NCBI RefSeq assembly: GCF_055900595.2
Contig: NZ_CM148325.1
Reading direction: 5' to 3' (one strand)
Length of the DNA stretch: 64,000 nucleotides
The position numbers and the translations under genes are program-made. Under the pieces are notes generated by a model. It ran no database searches. It worked only from the letters and a program-made list of their open reading frames with translations, and had not been told where the DNA came from. How positions within the stretch are numbered: position 1 is the stretch's first letter; each line of letters starts with the position of its first letter. Shown here one piece after another: positions 1-13,573 of this stretch.

Positions 1-1904
1 AGTTGTGACTCAGTATACTGCGACGGAATATTGCCGCTGTCGATCATTGCCTGGAACTTGTTAGCAATCGCCAGGAAACCGACTTTCGCATCCGGGCTAA
101 ACGCTTTCTGCCAGCCTGCGGTCAGGGTACAAATCAGCAGCCAGGCCGTTGGTACCAGCGCCACCCAGGCGTAACGTTGACGTTTCATTTTGAACAACAC
201 CACGGCACAGAGCATCAGCGCCATCCCTGCCAGCATCTGGTTGGCAATACCAAACAGCGGCCACAGAGTGTTAATACCGCCCAGCGGATCGACCACGCCC
301 TGATGCAGGAAGTAGCCCCACGCCAGCACGCACAGCGCCGTTGCCAGCAGGTTAGCAGGCAGTGAATCGGTCCGTTTCAGACCCGGAGAAACCACGCCCA
401 GCAGATCCTGCAACATAAAGCGCGCAGCACGCGTACCTGCATCCACCGCCGTCAGAATAAACAGTGCTTCAAACAGAATGGCGAAGTGATACCAGAACGC
501 CACATCCATCATGCCGCCCAGCGCACCGTGCAGAATGTAGGCCATCCCCACCGCCAGCGTCGGCGCACCGCCCGCACGGGAAATGATCGACTGTTCACCC
601 ACTTCGCTGGCAATCTGATTTAACGTATCTGGCGTAATGCTAAAGCCCCAGCTACTCACTACCTGCGCAGCAGATGCCACTACATCCGCCGTCCCCGCCG
701 GAGCCAGCACCGCCATCGGGCTGTTCATCGCGAAGTACACGCCCGGATCGATGATACAGGCAGAAACCAGTGCCATAATCGCCACGAAGGATTCCATCAA
801 CATCCCGCCGTAGCCGATAAAGCACGCCTGACCTTCGTTCGCCAGCATCTTCGGTGTGGTGCCGGAAGAGATCAGCGCATGGAAGCCAGACACCGCGCCA
901 CAGGCGATAGTAATAAACAGGAACGGGAACAGATTACCGGTCCATACCGGGCCAGTGCCATCTACAAACTTGGTCAGCGCAGGCATGGTCAGCGTCGGAC
1001 GCATAATCAAAATGCCTACCGCCAGACCGACGATAGTCCCGATTTTCAGGAAGGTAGAGAGGTAGTCACGCGGAGCCAGCAGCAACCACACCGGCAGAAC
1101 CGCCGCCACAAAACCGTAACCCACCAGCATCCAGGTCAGCTGCACGCCGGTAAAGTCAAAGTACGGTGCCCAGGTCGGGCTTTCTGCCACCCAGCCGCCA
1201 GAGATAATGGCGAAAATAAGGAATACCAGGCCAATCACCGACACTTCCCCAATGCGGCCTGGACGCAGATAGCGCAGGTAAATCCCCATGAACAGCGCCA
1301 GCGGAATGGTGAACGCAACGGTATACGTTCCCCACGGGCTATGAGTCAGGGCTTTCACCACGATCATCGCCAGTACTGCAAGAATAATGACCATGATCAT
1401 AAAGCAGGCCACCAGCGCAATCACCCCGGCGGTTGGCCCCATCTCTTCTTTAACCAGCTCGCCCAGCGAGCGACCGTCACGGCGCGTGGAAACAAACAGC
1501 ACCATAAAATCCTGCACCGCACCGGCGAGAACCACCCCGGCAAGTAGCCAGATCATCCCCGGTAGGTAGCCCATTTGCGCCGCCAGTACCGGCCCCACCA
1601 ACGGGCCTGCTCCGGCAATGGCCGCAAAATGGTGACCGAACAGCACTTTCTTGTCCGTCGGCACATAGTCCAGCCCGTCGTTATGGCGCACCGCTGGCGT
1701 CATACGCGTCGGGTCAACCGCCAATACATTTTTGGCAATATAAAGACCATAAAAACGGTAAGCGATCAGATAGATACAGACCGACGCTACCACAATCCAC
1801 AGCGCGTTGATCTGTTCCCCACGATTTAAAGCAATGTATCCCAGAGCAAATGCTCCCATTACAGAGAGCACTGTCCAGACGAGGTATTTCCCTGATTTGT
1901 TCAT
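1..1904 (-). CDS. cstA: Carbon starvation protein A (peptide transporter), 3' end lies beyond the window start
   Basis: Minus-strand ATG at 1902-1904 translates to MNKSGKYLVWTVLSVMGAFALGYIAL..., matching CstA as recalled; the frame stays open to position 1. Plus-strand ORFs at 177-1829 are antisense to it. Confidence 0.85.
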   Translation of the reverse strand, partial: MNKSGKYLVWTVLSVMGAFALGYIALNRGEQINALWIVVASVCIYLIAYRFYGLYIAKNVLAVDPTRMTPAVRHNDGLDYVPTDKKVLFGHHFAAIAGAGPLVGPVLAAQMGYLPGMIWLLAGVVLAGAVQDFMVLFVSTRRDGRSLGELVKEEMGPTAGVIALVACFMIMVIILAVLAMIVVKALTHSPWGTYTVAFTIPLALFMGIYLRYLRPGRIGEVSVIGLVFLIFAIISGGWVAESPTWAPYFDFTGVQLTWMLVGYGFVAAVLPVWLLLAPRDYLSTFLKIGTIVGLAVGILIMRPTLTMPALTKFVDGTGPVWTGNLFPFLFITIACGAVSGFHALISSGTTPKMLANEGQACFIGYGGMLMESFVAIMALVSACIIDPGVYFAMNSPMAVLAPAGTADVVASAAQVVSSWGFSITPDTLNQIASEVGEQSIISRAGGAPTLAVGMAYILHGALGGMMDVAFWYHFAILFEALFILTAVDAGTRAARFMLQDLLGVVSPGLKRTDSLPANLLATALCVLAWGYFLHQGVVDPLGGINTLWPLFGIANQMLAGMALMLCAVVLFKMKRQRYAWVALVPTAWLLICTLTAGWQKAFSPDAKVGFLAIANKFQAMIDSGNIPSQYTESQ

Positions 1905-2084
1905 AGTTGTTATCCGTGTGCGTGTCCATAGAGATGTTACATTTTGTTTCTATAACATCTTTGTGCAATTTAACAACACGGCAACTATGTAAATCGGAGT
2001 TGAAACCAATATTTAACTTAACAATGTTAACTTGATCACTTCGTTAACTGAGTTTTCCTGCAATCTCATTTAATTCTGTCGGGT

Positions 2085-3246
<1,162 letters not shown>

Positions 3247-3247
<1 letters not shown>

Positions 3248-4104
3248 CATTTCACCTCGCGGGAGAGTAGCTTCCACCAGGCATCGATGGTCGGATTTTT
3301 CGCCAGCATGACAAAATCGATATCGCCATGCACTTTGCGCCAGCGCGCCGCCAGCGCCATCATGCGCACCGAATCCAGACCGTAATCAATTAGGTTGTCG
3401 TCATCGAACGGCTCATCGGACTCGTCCAGCAACGGCAAGATCACCTCACGCAGCGCCGATTTGCTGGCGGGGATAGGTACTGGCAGCAATTCTTCGGTCA
3501 TCACCACCCGGCCAGAACGTCCGGCCACATATTTCAGCGACATCAAATGCTCGTCACGGCTGAAATCGGCCAGCGCATCTGCCACCATAAACGGTTTAAT
3601 ATCGCGCATAAATGCGTCGGTTGCGGTGGTCATACAGCCAATGTGGGCGTACACCCCGGTTATAATCAGTTGGTTACGTCCACTCTCTTTGAGCATTTGT
3701 TCCAGCGGAGAACGATGAAACGCGCTGTAGCGCCACTTCACCAACACCGTGTCGTCGGCATCTGGCGTCAGGCGATCCACCACCTTTTGCTGTTCCGGTG
3801 AACGGGTCAGGCCCGGCCCCCACATATCATTCAACAGCGCCCGATCTTCATCGCTCTGCTCTTTCGGCTGGGCGGTGTAATAAACCGGGATATTGTGCTG
3901 TTTGCAGTAGTCGCGTAGTGCCGCAATATTCGCGATCACCTGCTCCATCATCGGGCAGTTCTCGCCCCAGAAGCTAACAAAATAGTCCTGCATATCATGG
4001 ATTAACAACGCGGCACGTTGCGGCTCAAAGGCCCAGTTGACTTTATTGTGCGGAATATCGTGAGACTCCGGCAGTGCGTAAGCCTGTAATTTTGGAATAG
4101 CCAT
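3247..4104 (-). CDS. entB: Isochorismatase / aryl carrier protein
   Basis: 285-aa ORF MAIPKLQAYALPESHDIPHNKVNWAFEPQRAALLIHDMQ... Confidence 0.9.
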
Positions 4105-4117
4105 CGTGTTCTCTCCT

Positions 4118-5728
4118 TCAGGCTGATGCGCGTGACGCCAGCCACTGACGTAATTGTTTTTTATCGACTTTCCCGACCGCCGTCAGCGGAAGTGAATCTA
4201 CACACTCCACGCGATCCGGTAATTTAAATTCGGCAATACCCTGTTCACGCAGGAAACGACGCACCTGTACCGCACGCAGTGGTTCTTTTACCACCAGATA
4301 AGCACAGCTTTTTTCGCCCATCAGCTCATCTTCCATGCTCACCAGTGCGGCGTAGATCACTGCCGGATGGCGCAGTAACAGGTTTTCGATCTCTTCGGCA
4401 GCGATCTTCTCGCCGCCACGGTTGATCTGATCTTTCTCGCGCCCCTGCACGGTGATGTACCCCTCTGGATCAATAGAGATCAGATCGCCGGAACAGTAAA
4501 AACCGTTGGCATCAAAGGCGCTGGCATTGTGCTGTGGACTTTTGTAATAGCCGCGGAAGGTGTACGGCCCGCGCGTCATCAGGCGTCCAACCTCCCCTTG
4601 CGGCAGTGGATTTCCGTCAGCATCGGCAACCCACACTTCATCATCCGGACACATTGGATAGCCCTGGGTATGGATAATTTTTTCCGCGCTATCATCAAGA
4701 CGGGTGTAGTTCACCAGCCCTTCCGCCATGCCGAATACCTGCTGTAACTGGCAGCCAATCTCTGCGGGAATACGCGCCGCAAGCGTGGCAGAAAGACGTG
4801 CGCCACCGACCTGTAACAGTTTCAGCGAGGCAAGCTGCGCCCGGCTTTCGCCTTCAGCCAGTGCCTGCAACCACAGGCTGACTGCTGGCGGCACCAGCGC
4901 GGTGACGTTCACCTGATGTTTTTCAATCAATGGGAAACAAAGCGTGGCGCTGGGGTCGGCAGCCAGAACGACAGTGCCGCCAGCGAGAAATACCCCCAAC
5001 GATCCCGGCGAACTCATGGCGTAGTTATGAGCCGCCGGGATCGCGCACAGGTAGCGCGTTTGTTGCGTGAACTGACAAATCTCGACGCTACGACGCACGC
5101 TGTAGTAGTAGTCGTTATGAGTGCGCGGGATCAGTTTCGGTGTGCCGGTGGTGCCGCCGGAAAGCTGGAAATAGGCCACTTCATCGGCAGGTGACGGTGT
5201 GGCAGTAAAATCCTCTGCCGGATGGTTAATCGCATCCTGCAAGTTATGCTCACCGCTGTCGTTCAGCAGCTGCACCACGCGAATGGAGGAGTGCTCTGCA
5301 ACAAATGTATTGAGGAAATCATCCCCGCTAAACAGCGCATGTTGGCGATCGGCAATCAGTAACACCGGTTTAATCTGGCTGGCGTATGCGTTCATTTCAC
5401 TACGCTGATGACTGAACAGCGCCAGTACCGGTGCAACGCCCAGTTTTAACAGCGCAAAAAAGGTAATATACAATTCAGCGACGTTACCCAGTTGTACCAG
5501 TGCGGTTTCACCGGGTTTAATGCCCTGACGACGCAAGCTACAGGCGAGATTATCCGCCGCCTGATTCAGTTCCCGGTAACTCAACTGACGCTCGCCGTCG
5601 ATGACCGCGATGCTGTCGCTTGCGGCATGACGGGTCAGAATGTCGGTCAGCGGCAAATCCTGCCAGTAGCCTTTTTCCCGATAGCGACGGGCAAACTCTT
5701 CCGGCCAGCGGGTGAATGGAATGCTCAT
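4118..5728 (-). CDS. entE: 2,3-dihydroxybenzoate-AMP ligase (adenylation enzyme)
   Basis: 536-aa ORF with adenylate-forming motifs ([14 protein letters not shown]-like). Confidence 0.9.
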   Translation of the reverse strand: MSIPFTRWPEEFARRYREKGYWQDLPLTDILTRHAASDSIAVIDGERQLSYRELNQAADNLACSLRRQGIKPGETALVQLGNVAELYITFFALLKLGVAPVLALFSHQRSEMNAYASQIKPVLLIADRQHALFSGDDFLNTFVAEHSSIRVVQLLNDSGEHNLQDAINHPAEDFTATPSPADEVAYFQLSGGTTGTPKLIPRTHNDYYYSVRRSVEICQFTQQTRYLCAIPAAHNYAMSSPGSLGVFLAGGTVVLAADPSATLCFPLIEKHQVNVTALVPPAVSLWLQALAEGESRAQLASLKLLQVGGARLSATLAARIPAEIGCQLQQVFGMAEGLVNYTRLDDSAEKIIHTQGYPMCPDDEVWVADADGNPLPQGEVGRLMTRGPYTFRGYYKSPQHNASAFDANGFYCSGDLISIDPEGYITVQGREKDQINRGGEKIAAEEIENLLLRHPAVIYAALVSMEDELMGEKSCAYLVVKEPLRAVQVRRFLREQGIAEFKLPDRVECVDSLPLTAVGKVDKKQLRQWLASRASA

Positions 5729-5737
5729 CCTCGCTCC

Positions 5738-6913
<1,176 letters not shown>

Positions 6914-6940
6914 ATCATCCTCCACAAAATGATAAAGGCT

Positions 6941-6961
6941 TTAATAATGATTATCATTTAT
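6941..6961. promoter_or_regulatory. Putative Fur box in the divergent entC / fepB promoter region
   Basis: TTAATAATGATTATCATTTA resembles the GATAATGATAATCATTATC iron-box consensus; a second AT-rich near-repeat lies around 7050-7077. Confidence 0.5.
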
Positions 6962-7101
6962 ATTTTCGGTCGCTAACCTAAAAGCAAACGAGCACTATGT
7001 CAACTCTTGAGGTAATGCAATCTGCAAGTCGGGGTTGCATCTGCTTGTGGTTACAATGAAAATGAGAAGCATTAACTTCATTAATAACAGGAAGCTGATT
7101 T

Positions 7102-8058
7102 GTGAGACTCGCCCCGCTCTACCGCAACGCCCTTCTTTTAACTGGAATTTTGCTTTCAGGAATATCCGCAGTTCAGGCTGCCGACTGGCCGCGTCAGATT
7201 ACTGACAGTCGTGGTACTCATACCCTGGAAAGCCAGCCGCAACGTATTGTTTCCACCAGCGTCACCCTGACCGGCTCACTGCTGGCGATTGATGCACCAG
7301 TGATCGCCAGCGGCGCGACCACGCCGAATAACCGCGTAGCGGATGACCAGGGTTTTTTACGCCAGTGGAGTAAGGTAGCGAAAGAACGCAAACTGCAACG
7401 TCTCTATATCGGCGAACCGAACGCCGAAGCAGTAGCGGCACAAATGCCAGATCTGATTTTAATTAGCGCGACCGGCGGCGATTCAGCGCTGGCGCTATAC
7501 GATCAGCTTTCCACTATCGCACCAACGTTAATCATCAATTACGACGATAAAAGCTGGCAGTCGCTGTTAACGCAACTTGGCGAAATTACCGGGCATGAGA
7601 AACAAGCGGCAGAGCGGATTGCACAGTTTGATAAGCAACTGGTGGCGGCGAAAGAGGAAATCAAATTACCGCCGCAGCCGGTCACTGCCATTGTCTATAC
7701 CGCCGCTGCACACAGTGCCAATCTCTGGACGCCTGAATCAGCACAAGGCCAGATGCTGGAACAACTCGGCTTTACGCTGGCCAGGTTGCCCGCAGGCTTA
7801 AACGCCAGCCAAAGCCAGGGCAAACGCCATGACATCATTCAGCTTGGTGGGGAAAATCTGGCGGCAGGGTTAAATGGCGAGTCGCTATTCCTGTTCGCCG
7901 GTGATCAGAAAGACGCCGATGCGATTTATGCCAATCCACTGCTCGCGCACCTGCCTGCAGTACAAAACAAGCAGGTTTATGCGCTGGGAACCGAGACGTT
8001 CCGACTGGATTACTACAGCGCCATGCAAGTGCTGGATCGGCTTAAGGCGCTGTTCTAA
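7102..8058 (+). CDS. fepB: Periplasmic ferric-enterobactin binding protein
   Basis: 318-aa ORF starting with GTG at 7102, [26 protein letters not shown] signal-peptide-like N-terminus. Confidence 0.9.
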   Translation: MRLAPLYRNALLLTGILLSGISAVQAADWPRQITDSRGTHTLESQPQRIVSTSVTLTGSLLAIDAPVIASGATTPNNRVADDQGFLRQWSKVAKERKLQRLYIGEPNAEAVAAQMPDLILISATGGDSALALYDQLSTIAPTLIINYDDKSWQSLLTQLGEITGHEKQAAERIAQFDKQLVAAKEEIKLPPQPVTAIVYTAAAHSANLWTPESAQGQMLEQLGFTLARLPAGLNASQSQGKRHDIIQLGGENLAAGLNGESLFLFAGDQKDADAIYANPLLAHLPAVQNKQVYALGTETFRLDYYSAMQVLDRLKALF

Positions 8059-8061
8059 GCA

Positions 8062-9312
8062 TTAACTGTCAGACGCTGTCACCTGCGGCGGCGTCTGGCG
8101 AAAACGACGCAACTCTACCAGTACCAGCAACAACAACACGCCGATAATCAACAAACCAAAACCACTCGCGCTTGCGGAGGCCACCGGCGTCATCATCGCT
8201 CCCAGACCGCCCAACAGCGCTGCGCCTATAGCATCGCCCGTCACGTTTTGTGCCGTCCACAAACCGTTAATCCGCCCTAACATCGCTTCCGGGGTTTGCG
8301 TTTGCAGCATTGTGTATTGCAGCAACGAACTAACCGCGCTCAACCAGCCGAACAGCGCCAGACAAACCACGCCTAAAATCCACATCGGCATCAGGCCAAA
8401 CAAACCAATGGCGAGGAACGATCCCAGCGTGGAGAGCAGCATCAATAACCCTGGTCGCGCACTATGTGCCAGCTTCCCGCTGGTTAACGCGCCAATAGCT
8501 GCACCGAGCGGGATCGCCGCATAGAGAAAACCAATCTGTGCCGCCGACATCTGCCAGTTGTCAGCCAGCGCCGGATACAGTACCCGTACCGCGCTCGCCA
8601 TCGTCAATAAACCCCCCAGCAGCGCAATCCCTCCCACCAGCGGGCTGGCAAGCAGAAAACGAAATCCTGCCAGTAATGATTTCAACGGATGCTCACGCGG
8701 TTGCGGTGGCGGAGGTAGCGCCGGAAGGCTTAACAACGGTAGCAAGGTAATAAACGTGCCCGCCGCCGCCAGCCCGTAGTTCCAGGCTACGCCGCCAGTC
8801 GCCAGCAGTAAGCCGCCAATCATGGGCGAAATTACCGATCCCAGCCGCACGGTCAACATGGTGATTGCCCCGGCCTGCATTAAATTTTCACGCCCAACTA
8901 ATGCCGGAGTCGCCGCCAGAAGCGCCGTAACGCCAAGTGACGCGAAAAAGCCATCCCATAATCCGAGTAAATAGATTGCCAGCAAAGACGGCTCCGGCAG
9001 CAACGCGTTCAGGCACAGACCAATGAAGCCAATGCCACAGGTGCCGCGCGCCAGCAAAATCACTTTTTTGCGCTCATAGCGATCCGCCAGCACACCGCCG
9101 ACCATCAAGCCGACAAACATCGCCCCGCCGGTCAGCGTCACCGAAAGACCCACCTGCCAGGTAGAATGCGTCATCATCTGGATCTGCACTGGCACCGCGA
9201 CGCCGAGCAAACCCAGAGAAACAATAGAGATAAAACGAGCGAGGAATACTGCGCGAAACGCCGGGTGCGTTTTCAACAGGCTGAGGTTAAGCAGCCAGGA
9301 TTGTTTATTCAT
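8062..9312 (-). CDS. entS: Enterobactin exporter (MFS transporter)
   Basis: 416-aa highly hydrophobic ORF; position between fepB and fepD as in the K-12 cluster. Confidence 0.9.
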
Positions 9313-9385
9313 TACAATGCCTTGCCATCAAATATTTTAAATACCTATTCTTAGGCTGCACATGCTAACATATCCAAATAAGATC

Positions 9386-9410
9386 GATAACGATAATTAA
9401 TTTCATTATC
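9386..9410. promoter_or_regulatory. Putative Fur box in the divergent entS / fepD promoter region
   Basis: GATAACGATAATTAATTTCATTATC, an iron-box-like repeat immediately upstream of the fepD start. Confidence 0.5.
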
Positions 9411-9422
9411 ATGGAAGTTCGT

Positions 9423-10427
9423 ATGTCTGGTTCTGTTGCCGTGACACGCGCCATTGCCGTGCCCGGATTGCTGTTATTACTGATTATCGCGACGGCATTA
9501 AGCCTGCTCATTGGAGCAAAATCACTCCCCGCTTCCGTAGTGCTGGAGGCCCTCTCCGGCACCTGCCAGAGCGCCGACTGCACCATCGTGCTCGACGCGC
9601 GACTGCCGCGTACCCTTGCCGGTTTACTGGCAGGCGGCGCGCTTGGCCTTGCCGGGGCGTTAATGCAAACCCTCACCCGAAACCCACTTGCCGACCCCGG
9701 CTTGCTTGGCGTGAACGCCGGGGCCAGCTTTGCCATTGTGCTGGGCGCGGCGCTGTTTGGTTACTCATCCGCGCAGGAACAACTGGCGATGGCCTTCGCC
9801 GGGGCGCTGGTGGCCTCGTTGATTGTTGCCTTTACTGGCAGCCAGGGCGGTGGGCAGTTAAGTCCGGTGCGTTTAACTCTGGCGGGCGTGGCGCTGGCGG
9901 CAGTGCTGGAAGGGCTGACCAGCGGCATCGCCCTGCTTAATCCCGACGTCTACGATCAACTGCGTTTCTGGCAAGCCGGTTCGCTGGATATTCGTAATTT
10001 ACACACCTTAAAAGTGGTGCTGATCCCTGTGCTGATCGCCGGAGCAACTGCGCTATTACTGAGCCGCGCACTGAACAGTTTAAGCCTCGGCAGTGACACC
10101 GCGACGGCGCTGGGCAGTCGCGTAGCACGCACGCAGTTGATTGGGCTGCTGGCGATTACCGTGCTTTGTGGTAGTGCGACGGCGGTAGTTGGCCCGATTG
10201 CCTTTATTGGCCTGATGATGCCGCATATGGCGCGCTGGCTGGTAGGTGCCGATCATCGCTGGTCGCTGCCCGTCACGCTGCTTGCCACACCTGCCCTGCT
10301 GCTGTTTGCCGATATTATCGGGCGGGTGATTGTTCCCGGCGAACTGCGCGTTTCTGTAGTCAGTGCCTTTATTGGCGCACCAGTGCTGATCTTCCTTGTA
10401 CGACGTAAAACGCGAGGTGGCGCATGA
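9423..10427 (+). CDS. fepD: Ferric enterobactin ABC transporter permease
   Basis: ORF 9411-10427; the ATG at 9423 gives MSGSVAVTRAIAVPGLLLLLIIA...; start choice between 9411 and 9423 is uncertain. Confidence 0.85.
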   Translation: MSGSVAVTRAIAVPGLLLLLIIATALSLLIGAKSLPASVVLEALSGTCQSADCTIVLDARLPRTLAGLLAGGALGLAGALMQTLTRNPLADPGLLGVNAGASFAIVLGAALFGYSSAQEQLAMAFAGALVASLIVAFTGSQGGGQLSPVRLTLAGVALAAVLEGLTSGIALLNPDVYDQLRFWQAGSLDIRNLHTLKVVLIPVLIAGATALLLSRALNSLSLGSDTATALGSRVARTQLIGLLAITVLCGSATAVVGPIAFIGLMMPHMARWLVGADHRWSLPVTLLATPALLLFADIIGRVIVPGELRVSVVSAFIGAPVLIFLVRRKTRGGA

Positions 10428-11416
10428 TTTACGTCTCTCGTCGATTAATTATCACCTGTCTGCTGTTGCTAATAGCTTGTGTGATGGCAAGCGTGTGGGG
10501 ATTACGCAGCGGTGCCGTCACGCTGGAAACCTCTCAGGTATTTGCCGCGCTGATGGGTGACGCACCGCGCAGTATGACAATGGTGGTCACCGAATGGCGT
10601 TTACCGCGGGTACTAATGGCACTGTTGATTGGTGCGGCACTGGGCGTCAGCGGCGCGATTTTTCAGTCGTTGATGCGTAACCCACTCGGCAGCCCTGACG
10701 TAATGGGCTTTAACACCGGAGCGTGGAGCGGCGTGCTGGTGGCGATGGTGCTGTTTGGTCAGGACCTGACGGCTATCGCGCTGGCAGCAATGGCGGGCGG
10801 CATTATCACTTCGCTGCTGGTCTGGCTGCTTGCCTGGCGTAACGGTATCGACACCTTTCGGTTGATTATTATCGGCATCGGTGTTCGCGCCATGCTGGTG
10901 GCCTTTAATACCTGGCTGTTGCTGAAAGCGTCATTAGAAACGGCGCTAACAGCGGGTTTGTGGAATGCCGGATCGCTCAATGGCCTGACGTGGGCAAAAA
11001 CCTCGCCCTCCGCGCCCATCATTATATTGATGCTAATTGCCGCCGCCTTGCTGGTAAGGCGGATGCGCTTGCTGGAGATGGGCGATGACACCGCGTGTGC
11101 GTTAGGCGTCAGCGTCGAACGTTCGCGGCTGTTAATGATGCTGGTCGCCGTAGTACTTACCGCAGCTGCCACTGCCCTGGCGGGGCCGATTTCCTTTATT
11201 GCTTTAGTTGCGCCACACATTGCCCGCCGCATCAGCGGCACCGCTCGCTGGGGTCTAACCCAGGCAGCGCTGTGCGGTGCGCTGTTACTGCTGGCAGCCG
11301 ATCTCTGTGCTCAACAACTGTTTATGCCGTATCAACTTCCGGTTGGCGTCGTTACCGTCAGCCTCGGCGGTATTTACCTTATCGTCTTGTTAATTCAGGA
11401 GTCTCGCAAAAAATGA
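10424..11416 (+). CDS. fepG: Ferric enterobactin ABC transporter permease
   Basis: 330-aa hydrophobic ORF overlapping the fepD stop by 4 nt. Confidence 0.9.
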   Translation: MIYVSRRLIITCLLLLIACVMASVWGLRSGAVTLETSQVFAALMGDAPRSMTMVVTEWRLPRVLMALLIGAALGVSGAIFQSLMRNPLGSPDVMGFNTGAWSGVLVAMVLFGQDLTAIALAAMAGGIITSLLVWLLAWRNGIDTFRLIIIGIGVRAMLVAFNTWLLLKASLETALTAGLWNAGSLNGLTWAKTSPSAPIIILMLIAAALLVRRMRLLEMGDDTACALGVSVERSRLLMMLVAVVLTAAATALAGPISFIALVAPHIARRISGTARWGLTQAALCGALLLLAADLCAQQLFMPYQLPVGVVTVSLGGIYLIVLLIQESRKK

Positions 11417-12228
11417 CCGAATCAGTAGCCCGTTTGCGTGGCGAACAGTTAACCCTAGGATATGGCAAATATACCGTTGCGGAAAATCTGACTGTAGAAA
11501 TTCCTGATGGTCACTTCACGGCAATTATCGGGCCAAATGGCTGCGGTAAATCCACGTTGCTGCGTACCTTAAGCCGCCTGATGACGCCTGCTCACGGGCA
11601 TGTCTGGCTGGATGGCGAGCACATTCAACATTACGCCAGTAAAGAGGTCGCACGCCGGATTGGTTTACTGGCGCAAAACGCCACCACGCCGGGAGATATC
11701 ACCGTGCAGGAGCTGGTGGCGCGTGGGCGATACCCGCATCAACCGCTGTTTACCCGCTGGCGCAAAGAAGATGAAGAAGCGGTAACGAAAGCGATGCAGG
11801 CCACGGGAATAACTCATCTGGCAGATCAAAGCGTGGATACCCTTTCTGGCGGACAACGCCAGCGAGCGTGGATCGCGATGGTGCTGGCCCAGGAAACGGC
11901 AATTATGCTACTCGACGAACCCACCACCTGGCTGGATATCAGTCATCAGATTGATTTGCTGGAATTGTTAAGCGAACTGAACCGCGAGAAAGGCTATACC
12001 CTGGCGGCGGTACTGCACGATCTTAATCAGGCCTGTCGGTACGCTAGCCATTTGATTGCATTACGTGAAGGGAAAATTGTCGCTCAAGGAGCACCAAAAG
12101 AGATAGTCACTGCTGAACTGATTGAGCGTATTTATGGTTTGCGTTGCATGATCATTGACGATCCGGTAGCCGGAACTCCGCTTGTGGTGCCGCTCGGACG
12201 AACGGCACCTTCAACCGCGAAGATTTAA
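11413..12228 (+). CDS. fepC: Ferric enterobactin ABC transporter ATP-binding protein
   Basis: ATG at 11413 gives MTESVARLRGEQLTLGYG...; Walker A GPNGCGKST and ABC signature LSGGQRQR present. The longer ORF from 11095 is an upstream extension overlapping fepG. Confidence 0.9.
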   Translation: MTESVARLRGEQLTLGYGKYTVAENLTVEIPDGHFTAIIGPNGCGKSTLLRTLSRLMTPAHGHVWLDGEHIQHYASKEVARRIGLLAQNATTPGDITVQELVARGRYPHQPLFTRWRKEDEEAVTKAMQATGITHLADQSVDTLSGGQRQRAWIAMVLAQETAIMLLDEPTTWLDISHQIDLLELLSELNREKGYTLAAVLHDLNQACRYASHLIALREGKIVAQGAPKEIVTAELIERIYGLRCMIIDDPVAGTPLVVPLGRTAPSTAKI

Positions 12229-13358
12229 ACTAAGTGGTCTGCCATCATGGCATCCTGTTTTCTGGATGCCATGGCATGGCGCAACAGCACGCTACCACAA
12301 GCCACCATACCGCCGATCAACGCAGAAAGGATCACGATAATCGCCTTACCCGGCCCGTCTTTTTTCACTGGCAATGACGGGCTTAACTGATATTTAAACG
12401 GCGTAAAATTCACATCGTTGATATTTGCTTTTGTTAGCTGCTCAACAAGATACTGACGATTACGTAATTCACCGTTCAGTTCCGCAACGTCAGTAACCGC
12501 TTTTTCAATTTCCAGTTTGCGTTCAATACCGTCTGCGCCGAGAGAAATAGAGAAATCGGGGTCATCTTTAACGGCCTGACCATTACTGTAAACGGGCTTT
12601 TTAATTCCTGCCGCGTTGGCAATGTCGAGTGAATAATTGAGGCGCTGAATGTTTGCATCAAGTTGATTTTTCGTTTTAATGCGATCCTGAGCCAGTTTTT
12701 CTTTTTCAAACTGGGTTTTGATCTCCAGTTTATTACGGACGTTTTCTATCGACTCTTTCACCACCAATGCAGAGATATAATCGATATACCCGCTCAAAAC
12801 GGTCTGCGCCTCTTCACTGGTTGGCGCGGTAAAACTTAGCGTCCAGGAGGCATACAGTGACGGTTCATCTTTTTTCTTACTGGCATTGTCATCAACCGCT
12901 TTCATTTTTTCGCTCAATGCGACGATAGCGCGATGCAAATCCAGTTCGTCGATTTTCGCCTCTTTTAATTGGTCCATCACATAAGGTGATGAGCGCAGGT
13001 ACTCTTCCAGTAAGCTAACAGACTGAAACTTCTTGATAAACAGGTTAAATGCTTCTGTACGATCAATTTTGATATCCAGATCCAGCACACGAAGCTTAGT
13101 GAATGTTTTCTCAAGCGCCTGCCACTGAACAGGTTCTGGAGGCGTGACAACCGCCGCGCTGGTCCATTTTTGCGGCAGGATGAAAGAGATCAGTAAACCT
13201 GCGCAGACAAACGCAAAAACGACCGCCATGACCGTTTTTTTGGCCCGCCATAAAACTTCAATTAGATTAAGTAAATCAATTTCATTATTACTGGGCGACG
13301 CCAGAGGATACTCGGGAAAATGAGCGTCACTTCCCTGTTTAATATTCAGTGATGACAT
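12225..13358 (-). CDS. fepE: FepE, polysaccharide co-polymerase (Wzz-like chain-length regulator) family
   Basis: 377-aa ORF with an N-terminal TM segment and a coiled-coil-rich periplasmic region; position as in K-12. Confidence 0.85.
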   Translation of the reverse strand: MSSLNIKQGSDAHFPEYPLASPSNNEIDLLNLIEVLWRAKKTVMAVVFAFVCAGLLISFILPQKWTSAAVVTPPEPVQWQALEKTFTKLRVLDLDIKIDRTEAFNLFIKKFQSVSLLEEYLRSSPYVMDQLKEAKIDELDLHRAIVALSEKMKAVDDNASKKKDEPSLYASWTLSFTAPTSEEAQTVLSGYIDYISALVVKESIENVRNKLEIKTQFEKEKLAQDRIKTKNQLDANIQRLNYSLDIANAAGIKKPVYSNGQAVKDDPDFSISLGADGIERKLEIEKAVTDVAELNGELRNRQYLVEQLTKANINDVNFTPFKYQLSPSLPVKKDGPGKAIIVILSALIGGMVACGSVLLRHAMASRKQDAMMADHLV

Positions 13359-13573
13359 GGGGTATAACCTGAAAATGAGTCCAATAGGGGGAAATCTCCA
13401 CGGCGCTCACTTTACCAGTTGGTGAGAATTATCCGAAGCTGAAGTTTGTAAATTCCTCCCACTGAATGCAACATTCACTCTATTTCAGAGAAATATCCGT
13501 TAAATTGATAAATTAAATAAATAATAAACCCATAATCATTTATTGTAATTATGGGTTTATAGATAATATAAAT

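Noticed and set aside
177-1829. Several plus-strand ORFs of 60-222 aa (for example 879-1547)
   Set aside because: They lie antisense within the cstA coding region, whose minus-strand frame is continuous and recognisable; low-complexity Arg/His/Gln-rich translations typical of antisense frames.
11095-11416. 5' extension of the fepC ORF back to 11095
   Set aside because: It overlaps the fepG coding region in another frame; the ATG at 11413 gives the recognised FepC N-terminus.
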